Positions 56,069 to 64,000 of a stretch of DNA of 64,000 nucleotides are shown here, piece after piece (within the stretch, counting starts at the first letter, position 1; each line of letters begins with the position of its first letter). Origin of the DNA: a virus (taxonomy: Duplodnaviria > Heunggongvirae > Uroviricota > Caudoviricetes); IMG/VR virus record IMGVR_UViG_3300040801_001158, positions 73,359 to 137,358 of that record. One strand, 5' to 3'. The notes under the pieces are model-generated. The model did not search any database and had not been told where the DNA came from. It saw only the letters and a program-made list of their open reading frames with translations. A program made the translations under genes and the position numbers.

Positions 56069-56959
56069 TTAAAATTCGTTGTATAGACTTTCCATTGTGA
56101 TTTGTTTTATTTCACCTGTATCTTTATCTCTTACGGTAACTATTGCATTTCCTTTTACGCATGCGTACTCTTGTGCAAATTTTTCTTCGTCGAAATCAAG
56201 AGCTTCAAGTGTTTCATTCTTCCATGCTTCTCCACGCCCAGGAACATCATCCCATCGAACTTCTACAAACTCATAACCGTTTGTCTTTTCTTTTGCGCCT
56301 TTACAAGTCTTATGAAAATGATTTAAACCGTTGGGTGTAGAAGTCATGAGAAGTTTTGTAGATTCGCCTGATGATATCGTTGGATATACAGATGCAAAAA
56401 ATTCATCGTAGCCTTCGATAAATGCAACCTCGTCTAGATATAGGAATGAGATTGACTTACCACGAATAGCAGATGAAGAAGTTGTACCAGCATATATTTT
56501 ACAACCGTTCTCTAAAGCAATACTACCTTTGTTCCATTCTTCAATACCTTGCTGCATCCATTTTGGCAATGCTTCATATGCAAGTTGAATACGGCCTAAA
56601 ACTTCTCGAGCTGCATCACCCTTATTTGCAAGAATAGCGGCCGTTTTATGCTCGTTGAATAAAACGTAGTGTAATATGATTGCGACAGCGGTTGTCGTTT
56701 TACCTGCCTGTCTTGCCGTTAATACTGCAACACGTCGACTATTAAATATTTTCTCTGATATTTCTTCTTGGTAAGGGTACATATTAAAAGGAATTAATCC
56801 TTTATCAACATGCACTATTTTAATATAATTCCTGGCAAAATAAACAGGATCTTTCATACATTTCATATACTCTTTTAATTGCTCTGGAGTAAATTCAATT
56901 TCTTCGTTTATTTTCTTTAGATTATTATTACCAAGATACCCACTAATCACTAGTTTCAC
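56069..56959 (-). CDS. terminase large subunit, N-terminal part (ATPase domain, Walker A LTARQAGKTT). It ends in a 30-aa intein N-fragment starting at Cys267 (56161..56072).
   Basis: Walker A resembles T4 gp17 SRQLGKT. The C-terminal CVKGNAIVTVRDKDTGEIKQI is like intein block A. Confidence 0.6.
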   Translation of the reverse strand: MKLVISGYLGNNNLKKINEEIEFTPEQLKEYMKCMKDPVYFARNYIKIVHVDKGLIPFNMYPYQEEISEKIFNSRRVAVLTARQAGKTTTAVAIILHYVLFNEHKTAAILANKGDAAREVLGRIQLAYEALPKWMQQGIEEWNKGSIALENGCKIYAGTTSSSAIRGKSISFLYLDEVAFIEGYDEFFASVYPTISSGESTKLLMTSTPNGLNHFHKTCKGAKEKTNGYEFVEVRWDDVPGRGEAWKNETLEALDFDEEKFAQEYACVKGNAIVTVRDKDTGEIKQITMESLYNEF

Positions 56960-57401
56960 CTTTAATCATTTTCAATAAATCAGATGTTGATACTATTAAA
57001 TTATTATTTGTAACATTGGATTCTTTCTTAGGGCCCTTTACATCATCAATGGCGTATTTCTTTTTACTTGACATTTCGACAAAATCTTTATTTGCATCTA
57101 ATAGAGTTTTCATAAGTGTAGAGGCAACCTCAAAAGCTCGTGGGGATTCTGACTGTTTTGCAAGTTCCATCATTTCTTCTAATGCGTTATCGCCATGAGT
57201 AATAATATTTTTTATGTTATTTCTCGCCTGTTCGATGTCGTCAATCATTTCTTGACTTTCGGGATTTATTATAGCTAAATCAGTTGATGTATTTGCGACT
57301 TCCTCTGTTTCTTGAACTGTAGGAAGTTGCACATTATCTTCAACTTCTGCCAAAGGCCTTAATCCAAGTGTTGATGCTATTATGTCATCTTTTTTCTTCA
57401 T
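56943..57401 (-). CDS. terminase small subunit (gp16-like), 152 aa
   Basis: Position immediately upstream of the large terminase; size (T4 gp16 is 164 aa). Confidence 0.45.
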   Translation of the reverse strand: MKKKDDIIASTLGLRPLAEVEDNVQLPTVQETEEVANTSTDLAIINPESQEMIDDIEQARNNIKNIITHGDNALEEMMELAKQSESPRAFEVASTLMKTLLDANKDFVEMSSKKKYAIDDVKGPKKESNVTNNNLIVSTSDLLKMIKGETSD

Positions 57402-57412
57402 TGTGTTATCTC

Positions 57413-58219
57413 CTAAGGATTATCAGTTTGTATAATATAATCCCAATCATCATCAAAGTTAATTAGACTATAATCAACAGTTTCTTCTATATTAGTTGTT
57501 GGCTCGTTATTCGCGGTTAACCCTGGCTGAATAGTTAAAGTTTTTTCAATTGCAGAATCAGCAGCATCTGTAGTTGCAAATCTTAAATCGACAAACTTGA
57601 TTGATTTACCTTGTTTCTGAGGCCCATAAAACCAAGCTTTCATTGTAAAGTTTAGAGTCCACATTATGCTTCTACGAGTTATAAACGCATCCTCATAAAT
57701 GTCTTCACTCGATACACTATTTAATATTAAAGGAATATCGACCGGGTCCATGTCATCAATTAATCTAACTGTGCTTGTAAATTCAGGAGTAAAAAATGGT
57801 AATATTTGTTCTAATAATTTTGTACCATCTTCATTGTACTTTGTCATAATATACAGCGAGAATTCTAAATTATATGGTGTACCAGCATGAATAAAACCAT
57901 GATTACCTGTATCTTCATTCACGGATCTTTTTCTCATTTTTTGCACCGACGATACTTTTCTTGCACTATCATATGACATAGATGTCATTTCAAATGACAT
58001 TCTTGGTAGTGTAACTGAAGATTTTTGATTTAATTTAGGATCTTGTTTAACCCTAGCCAATATCTTTTGGTATGGTGCATACGTTATCGGAACTATCATC
58101 GCCTGAACTTCATCACCTTGATTATCAAGTCTTTTTATTTGAAGCTGATTGAAATATGTACCAAAAAGCGCAACATATTTCCTTATGCTTTCATTATAAA
58201 AATAATTTGCAATTGCCAT
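57413..58219 (-). CDS. tail sheath stabiliser / completion protein (gp15-like), 268 aa
   Basis: Position and size (T4 gp15 is 272 aa). Confidence 0.4.
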   Translation of the reverse strand: MAIANYFYNESIRKYVALFGTYFNQLQIKRLDNQGDEVQAMIVPITYAPYQKILARVKQDPKLNQKSSVTLPRMSFEMTSMSYDSARKVSSVQKMRKRSVNEDTGNHGFIHAGTPYNLEFSLYIMTKYNEDGTKLLEQILPFFTPEFTSTVRLIDDMDPVDIPLILNSVSSEDIYEDAFITRRSIMWTLNFTMKAWFYGPQKQGKSIKFVDLRFATTDAADSAIEKTLTIQPGLTANNEPTTNIEETVDYSLINFDDDWDYIIQTDNP

Positions 58220-58228
58220 GATATATCC

Positions 58229-58906
58229 TTATTTTAAATCTGCTATGTCGAGAGTTTCACTAAATGGATCAATTTCTGTAAAGTCGATAATTGAGTCACC
58301 TTCGTTTTCAAAATTCAAGTTATTTGCTAATACGTCGACATTTGATAAACTTTCCAGTGAATTTGTATTTGAAGTATCAATGTCTTTAAAGAAGTTATCA
58401 AGTATAGGCCGGCCTGTTTTAATTCTTTCTCCTGAATACTCTATTAATTCGCATTTCATATCATAAACTTGTAGTGCGCCTGTTTGATAAAACACACTTT
58501 CATGCTCAACGAAATTCACTCTATACATTTTATTTGTTAACTGGAAGTAAATGATGTCACCTTCCAATGGTCTATTTTTTTCTTGCTGTTCTTTTGTCAC
58601 AAATCTCTCAAACGTTCTATAAGCAACAGTGAATGTTACCTCATCTTGTATTTGTAAACCGAACTTAGATAAAAAATCACCTTGACCTTCAAATCCATCT
58701 ACATTTTTAACATAAACTTCAAACTCGAACGCTTGGTCAAATATTGATACGTCGTCTTCATTTAGTATGGGATCAACAGCTTGAAACGAACGAGTTAAAT
58801 ACGTAATGTCAACACCATACATTCTAATTGATTCTATTACTAAGTCGTCAATTAATTGCTGTTCGTTAAAATTGTTATAGTTATTGAAGTATGTATTAGT
58901 TGCCAT
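58229..58906 (-). CDS. neck protein (gp14-like), 225 aa
   Basis: Position. Confidence 0.35.
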   Translation of the reverse strand: MATNTYFNNYNNFNEQQLIDDLVIESIRMYGVDITYLTRSFQAVDPILNEDDVSIFDQAFEFEVYVKNVDGFEGQGDFLSKFGLQIQDEVTFTVAYRTFERFVTKEQQEKNRPLEGDIIYFQLTNKMYRVNFVEHESVFYQTGALQVYDMKCELIEYSGERIKTGRPILDNFFKDIDTSNTNSLESLSNVDVLANNLNFENEGDSIIDFTEIDPFSETLDIADLK

Positions 58907-58908
58907 AA

Positions 58909-59652
58909 TTATCCAATAAAGTTATATGTAAGTGGCTGAAGACTTCTTATTGCATCTTCTTCTACTCTTTCACGATCTGCTCTTGCTTCTGACAATATAG
59001 ATTCACCATTGAAAGATACACCACCGACTAGCTGCATTCCAGTAAACTTAGTTAGGTTTAAACCCCATTGCTCGCGGACCAAGATAGCTGCATAGTTTTG
59101 CAGCCAACGATCTGACCACACGTCTGAATATGTTTCTGGATCAATTAGGTCATATGCTTCAATTACAATAAACTGACCTTCGACTAATGATGAACTATTG
59201 GTGTCGATATAAAGTCTATTCACATGTTTATTAAAGCGTATAAGCGGCTTACCTACAAGAACTTCTTGCATGAATTCTAGATGCTGCATTGTCATATAAT
59301 AGTTTTGCATGCCGTAACCATTGATGTCGGTCACGTTATTTAGAACGAATTGGTATTGGACATTGAACATCCCAGTACCTGAAGATACTGAAGAACTTAA
59401 ATCGAATACTTTAGAAATGCCTAATAGTTTATCAGGCAGTATCACGTATTTGTTTGCTACGTCATCAGCGGTTAGTTCATGCTTGATGTACACTAGTTGA
59501 CTGCCGTTATAATGATAGTCGTTCCAAAAAGAAAGAGCTTCTTCTACCCTATCGTCGATTTGTTCATCAGATACGTTAACTTCAATTACAGGGGCGCCAA
59601 TTTTACGTAACACGTAATCTTTAAACTCTTCCCTTGTTGTTGGTTGAGGCAT
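58909..59652 (-). CDS. neck protein (gp13-like), 247 aa
   Basis: Position. Confidence 0.35.
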   Translation of the reverse strand: MPQPTTREEFKDYVLRKIGAPVIEVNVSDEQIDDRVEEALSFWNDYHYNGSQLVYIKHELTADDVANKYVILPDKLLGISKVFDLSSSVSSGTGMFNVQYQFVLNNVTDINGYGMQNYYMTMQHLEFMQEVLVGKPLIRFNKHVNRLYIDTNSSSLVEGQFIVIEAYDLIDPETYSDVWSDRWLQNYAAILVREQWGLNLTKFTGMQLVGGVSFNGESILSEARADRERVEEDAIRSLQPLTYNFIG

Positions 59653-59681
59653 TGTGTCCTACCTTTAGTTACTTATTTATT

Positions 59682-59689
59682 CTATTTAT
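59682..59689 (-). promoter_or_regulatory. late promoter TATAAATA
   Basis: Plus-strand tatttata upstream of the gp13-like gene. Confidence 0.45.
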
Positions 59690-59709
59690 AAAAAGACAGG
59701 ATATTATTT

Positions 59710-60141
59710 TTATTGTTCAATAGATACTGAGAAGTTTGCACTTGCTACAAGACCAGTCGTTGATTGTGTAGTGGAAATTTCCACTAAAGTTGTTTTATTC
59801 GCAAACCCACCAGAATTAACACTTTCATATAATTGAGCTCCTGAATCCAAATTACGCCATACATTATAAGTGTTTGCGTTATCAAATGCAGTGCCTACCA
59901 CTGCAGTATATCTTATATAATAAGGACCGCCGGTTGGGGGTGCAGGATTTGCCCAGTTGGGATAAGAGTTTGATACACCATCTGCGCGAACAACTGTTAC
60001 CGAACCACCTGCATTAAAAAACCAACCCCAATTTCCAGCATTATTAGTGGAAATTCCAGTAATATCGGCTTGTGATAGTGTAATTGTTTGTACAGGAGTA
60101 ATTGCAATTGCAGCTCTTGCCATTAAATTTGTTAAAGCCAT
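59710..60141 (-). CDS. fibre/whisker-like paralogue C (143 aa)
   Basis: Shares the C-terminal VEISTTQSTTGLVASANFSV module with the 260-aa neighbour. Confidence 0.4.
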   Translation of the reverse strand: MALTNLMARAAIAITPVQTITLSQADITGISTNNAGNWGWFFNAGGSVTVVRADGVSNSYPNWANPAPPTGGPYYIRYTAVVGTAFDNANTYNVWRNLDSGAQLYESVNSGGFANKTTLVEISTTQSTTGLVASANFSVSIEQ

Positions 60142-60153
60142 TTAATTCTCCTA

Positions 60154-60936
60154 TTATGCTCGATTTATGATAACAAGATTTGCGTCAAGGTTGCCACTCG
60201 CAACTATACCGGTTGGAGAAGCAGTTGTTGATATTTCTACAAAAATCCTACCTTGATTGCTAAAACCATCGTTCCACGACCATATTCTTGTTGAAGTAAG
60301 ACTAAGCCAAGTATCAAGTGTACCAATTAATACTGGATTTGAGCCAATATCAGTTGCTCTAACAAAATAACTTCCTATAGGGGGTGCTGGCGTTATCCAG
60401 TCAAATTGTTGTACAATTTCGCCGCCGCTATTTTCTACAATTCTAGTACCGATAACTTCCCCTGCACTAGTTATTTGCCAATTAGCTGACAATGGCCCGT
60501 TCTGTGATGCAGCGTTTATAGCAGATGATGCCGGAAGTGTCACAGTTTCTACTGGAGGTATATCATGCCCTGAAGCACAAGCACATACGCGCAAATTATC
60601 AAAACAAACAAAGGATATTAACCAATATCTATGGTTGGACCAAGTAGGTTCTATACCAGTTGCCCAATATATATTATTTCCAAATGATGGTATATACCCA
60701 GCAGTAGATCGGTCAAGCTTAAGAATTGATGTAGCACCAGTGAACACATTAGTAATTGTAAAAAGTTGATCCACAGCCATAAGTTTCGTCATCATGGAAT
60801 TCTGTGCAGATAATGTACCAGCATTTATAGTAACCGGATTCGCGTTAAAATTAGAAAATACACCATTTGCGCCAGTTATATTCAATAATCCCCTAGAATT
60901 ACTAATTACTTCAGTGCCGCCTATTTTAATACTCAT
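60154..60936 (-). CDS. fibre-like paralogue B (260 aa), a chimera. Its N-half resembles the 128-aa gene and its C-half the 143-aa gene.
   Basis: MSIKIGGTEVISN...EPTWSNHRYWLISFVCFDN resembles the 128-aa protein. ...RIFVEISTTASPTGIVASGNL resembles the 143-aa protein. Confidence 0.4.
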   Translation of the reverse strand: MSIKIGGTEVISNSRGLLNITGANGVFSNFNANPVTINAGTLSAQNSMMTKLMAVDQLFTITNVFTGATSILKLDRSTAGYIPSFGNNIYWATGIEPTWSNHRYWLISFVCFDNLRVCACASGHDIPPVETVTLPASSAINAASQNGPLSANWQITSAGEVIGTRIVENSGGEIVQQFDWITPAPPIGSYFVRATDIGSNPVLIGTLDTWLSLTSTRIWSWNDGFSNQGRIFVEISTTASPTGIVASGNLDANLVIINRA

Positions 60937-60948
60937 AATTAATCTCCA

Positions 60949-61335
60949 TTACCAAGTGTAACCAGCTGCGTTAGCCATTATAAAATCGGAACTATAACAC
61001 ACAAATGTTATTACCCAATATCGATGACCTGTCCAAACCGGTTCAACTGCATTAGCAAAATATATAGGTGCATTAAATAACGGTGTAAACCCGCCTGTAC
61101 CTCTATCTAAAAGTAGTACTGAGCTTCTGCCTGTTGCGGTTGTGCCGGCAGATATAGTGAATGTGGTGTTGGCAGTTAAAGCAGATCTTGTCATTACAGG
61201 CAATGTGAAATTAAGAGCCGTTGTAATTGCGTTAACGTTAGGTTGGAAATTATCATAATTTCCAAAAGTACTCTCTATATTTTGTAGCACTCGACCATTA
61301 TCTATCACAGTCGTATTATTAATTTTTATAGCCAT
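60949..61335 (-). CDS. fibre-like paralogue A (128 aa)
   Basis: MAIKINNTTVIDN...EPVWTGHRYWVITFVCYS. Confidence 0.4.
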   Translation of the reverse strand: MAIKINNTTVIDNGRVLQNIESTFGNYDNFQPNVNAITTALNFTLPVMTRSALTANTTFTISAGTTATGRSSVLLLDRGTGGFTPLFNAPIYFANAVEPVWTGHRYWVITFVCYSSDFIMANAAGYTW

Positions 61336-61513
61336 CGTCGTTTTCCTTTTGTTAAACTATTAGCTTGTATTCTATTTATTCAATCTCATCTTTCGATATA
61401 TTCTTCTGATAAGTGGAACCAACCCAAACTCCAATGACTTTTTGGCGCATTAATGTATAAAATATGCCCTTAGGGCAAAGGATCAAATCCGCCACTTATG
61501 ACACCAACTCTCA

Positions 61514-62743
61514 TTATCTTTTCTCCATCATATAGTCCCATACAAAGTTAACTTTGTCTTCACATTCCATTTTAGGGTCAATCTGAATAATATCAGGATG
61601 AACGTACCAATCTTCATACTCGTTGGTTAAATTGTACGCAATATTCTTACCAACTAATTTGTAACCTTTTTCTTCTAAGTATTTACGAGATACTCTTCTT
61701 AGTTCGTCGCCAGAATAAGCATCATGCTCAAACGTAATAACACCAAACTTATATTCATCGAATGGTATTTTCTGTAATACTTCATATGATAGGTCGTCAA
61801 TATCAACTTGAAGATAGTCAATCACATTATCAAAACAATGTTTTTCTAATAACTCTGCATAATTAACTTCTAGTGCACTCATGCATATAACTGTGTTACG
61901 ACGAGTAGCACCAAATTGGAAAGATAAACTATCGTTTAAATCAATAGATATTCCTTTCCAATTGAATTTGGTTTCCAATAAAGCAGTGTTATTATGTGTA
62001 AAAGGATGTCCTGAACCTATTTCAAGATAAGTACCATTTCGTTTACCTTTATGACATGATAATACAAACATATCTTGGAAATGTTTAGAATAGTTTTCTT
62101 CGATAGAATCCAATCCATAAAAAGGAAACTTATATTTAGCCATATCGCTTTTTCTATATGGAATATAATCAGGATAACCGGTGTGCTGATTCAGCATTGT
62201 AGTAACTTTTTCTTCGTATTCGTCGTTAAGTTCTGTGTTATATTTAAGATCAAAAAATTCTAATTTCGCTTTGACTGAACCACTGATTTTCCAATTGGCA
62301 TATGCCACTAAATATTGTAATGTAAAACTTCCTGTGTAATCAAGATCAGGAAGAATTTCGTCATCAGATATTGAAGCAGAATATTTTAAACCATGTCTTG
62401 CATATATTAAAGTGTTGTGCCAATCTTCTTTTTTGGCATACTCCTGTGATATTAGGAAATATGCTTCAGGTCTATCTAACATTAAACTAACTGCATGTTG
62501 ATAAAAACCAAATACAGTATGTGTACGATGGCCTTGTCTTTCATAACATTTACCAGCATAAAGCATACACTGATATTGTAAGAATTCGTCGTTCTCTTCG
62601 ATATCAGCAGTTCTAATATAGAAAGAAATTGCTGCAGCACCTTGTTTCATTTTATCATATTGTCTTGCCAAAGCAAACATCTTTTCTGGATTTTTTGGAT
62701 ATAAGACATGTTCATTCGTTAATTGTTGTAATAATTTCTGCAT
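61514..62743 (-). CDS. hypothetical enzyme-like protein (409 aa). Helical repeat N-terminus and a C-terminal region with a weak FkbM-type methyltransferase-like glycine motif.
   Basis: YLEIGSGHP...; not confidently assignable. Confidence 0.3.
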   Translation of the reverse strand: MQKLLQQLTNEHVLYPKNPEKMFALARQYDKMKQGAAAISFYIRTADIEENDEFLQYQCMLYAGKCYERQGHRTHTVFGFYQHAVSLMLDRPEAYFLISQEYAKKEDWHNTLIYARHGLKYSASISDDEILPDLDYTGSFTLQYLVAYANWKISGSVKAKLEFFDLKYNTELNDEYEEKVTTMLNQHTGYPDYIPYRKSDMAKYKFPFYGLDSIEENYSKHFQDMFVLSCHKGKRNGTYLEIGSGHPFTHNNTALLETKFNWKGISIDLNDSLSFQFGATRRNTVICMSALEVNYAELLEKHCFDNVIDYLQVDIDDLSYEVLQKIPFDEYKFGVITFEHDAYSGDELRRVSRKYLEEKGYKLVGKNIAYNLTNEYEDWYVHPDIIQIDPKMECEDKVNFVWDYMMEKR

Positions 62744-62746
62744 TAT

Positions 62747-63781
62747 TTATCCCTTACTCAAAAATTCAAGAAATACTTTTTCTGGTATTTTCATAACAAA
62801 ACAAGCATTATCTTGGAAACCATACGATATTAAAACAAATCCATTTATAAAAGCTAGTCCTGTTGCAAATTCAATTCCATATTTAAGATCATATGTAACG
62901 TCATGTCGACATCCCATAAATGTAAATTCTCTTGTGCTATGTTGAATATTCCAATCATTGTCCCATATTACAGCTCTGTGCATATAGTGACCATCTTTTC
63001 TGCCATGTATATCTCTGAACAAATCAACTTCATGAGTAATCGCCAATCTTTGCTGTTCATTTATTCTAACGACCTGTGTGCCGCCACGAATATCACGAGG
63101 GAAATTATATATCTTAGATTCATCCAATACAGCAGTTACCGTAGTTCCAGTTTTGATGTCAAACCTAGCAACTTCGGTTGGATTGGTCCATTTAACAAAG
63201 TGCCATGGCATATCGACAATAGGCATCCAATTCTTTTCACAGAATGAATCGTTCTTGCCTGGAGCTGGTATTGGGAATCTACCAACCTCGGTCCATTCAC
63301 CGTCGATTTGTTCAATCTCACAGAGTTCCATACGACCAGTGCCTTTATCGTCATAACAATCTCGTCTTACACCACAAAGGAATAGGCGGTCATCCCACGA
63401 GAATAATCGACCATCTTCCAGACCGATAAAGTTCCAAGTAGGTTTACCTGTATCTAATTTCATATTGATGCGACCAGAAGAGATAATATTCATATCTTCA
63501 TCCAACTCACACATAATATTATGAGTCGTTAAAGTAACGTCGTTTTCTGGATGGACATAAACAAGAGGGCCCCATTGGTGAACAAATTTCTTGCCTTCAC
63601 TGTGGTATAGGGTATAGTTGACGTGACGAATGTTCATTAGAATTCTACCTTTATGAACAAAGATAGATGGATTCATTACACCTGTTTCACCTGTCAATTC
63701 TGGTGGTAAAGTTATCGGAACAACACTACCACCTCTTTTTAATACATAAGTTGCTAACCCATATGTGTGTAAATCATGCAC
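62747..63781 (-). CDS. hypothetical protein (344 aa), Trp/Asp-rich, possibly a beta-propeller glycoside-hydrolase-like fold
   Basis: Long ORF abutting the 409-aa gene; no firm motif. Confidence 0.3.
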   Translation of the reverse strand: MHDLHTYGLATYVLKRGGSVVPITLPPELTGETGVMNPSIFVHKGRILMNIRHVNYTLYHSEGKKFVHQWGPLVYVHPENDVTLTTHNIMCELDEDMNIISSGRINMKLDTGKPTWNFIGLEDGRLFSWDDRLFLCGVRRDCYDDKGTGRMELCEIEQIDGEWTEVGRFPIPAPGKNDSFCEKNWMPIVDMPWHFVKWTNPTEVARFDIKTGTTVTAVLDESKIYNFPRDIRGGTQVVRINEQQRLAITHEVDLFRDIHGRKDGHYMHRAVIWDNDWNIQHSTREFTFMGCRHDVTYDLKYGIEFATGLAFINGFVLISYGFQDNACFVMKIPEKVFLEFLSKG

Positions 63782-63830
63782 TATTCTTACTCCATGATAA
63801 AAATTATTTAAGTATTTGTGAAATTAACTA

Positions 63831-63859
63831 TTGACACAGACTTAAGATTATGTTATAAT
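63831..63859 (+). promoter_or_regulatory. plus-strand early-type promoter diverging from the late operon
   Basis: ttgacacagacttaagattatgttataat. Confidence 0.45.
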
Positions 63860-63950
63860 TAGGTTATCCGCAATAATAATAATAATCTTTATTAGATATC
63901 TAGATAACAATTTAAAGTATTATTTATAATACTATAGAGTATTTGATACA

Positions 63951-64000
63951 TCAGTATTTGATACATCAGTATTTGATACATCAGTATTTGATACATCAGT
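63951..64000. repeat. tandem 15-nt direct repeat (cagtatttgatacat), at least 3.5 copies, running off the window end
   Basis: Perfect tandem copies seen directly. Confidence 0.7.

Noticed and set aside
55345-56069. Group I intron carrying the GIY-YIG gene within the terminase gene
   Set aside because: Only about 50 nt of non-ORF sequence flanks the endonuclease gene, and the gene overlaps the downstream ORF. That is too little room for a group I ribozyme core, and no P7-like GACUA/UAGUC pairing was seen. A protein-level split intein plus a free-standing endonuclease fits better.

Overview
The window looks like a large T4-like (Tevenvirinae-type) myovirus genome segment with two parts.

Positions 1-46,050 are almost entirely plus-strand early genes. 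About 80 mostly small ORFs are each preceded by a near-identical promoter-leader cassette, TTGACAtt-N15-tGaTATAATAGatacATAAAtTaAgGAAAGGAAtTAAAttATG, in at least 26 copies (PeSL-like). Interspersed are about 26 tRNA genes in several clusters, plus tRNA-like or structured RNA elements I could not resolve.

Recognisable early products are:
- a 5'-truncated flagellin-like gene
- HNH and GIY-YIG homing endonucleases, some decayed
- PRPP synthetase (Prs) and nicotinamide phosphoribosyltransferase (NadV), an NAD+ salvage pair
- an HD-domain RelA/SpoT-type small alarmone hydrolase
- polynucleotide kinase/phosphatase (Pnk), an Rnl2-type RNA ligase and an ATP-dependent DNA ligase
- an SPFH/band-7 protein, a vWA protein, a minimal nucleotidyltransferase, and a DNPH1/Rcl-like protein

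Positions 46,140-63,781 are a minus-strand late structural module in T4 gene order. Reading in transcription order it runs neck and sheath-stabiliser proteins, small terminase, large terminase, tail sheath, tail tube, portal, prohead core, protease, scaffold, then major capsid. TATAAATA late promoters are present.

The large terminase gene is fractured. Its ATPase part ends in an intein N-fragment, a free-standing GIY-YIG endonuclease gene follows, and the nuclease part begins with the intein C-fragment ending HN/C.

Upstream of the neck genes sits a three-gene paralogous fibre-like cassette with a chimeric middle member, plus two enzyme-like genes. All functional calls rest on motifs read directly from the translations. 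No database search was possible.
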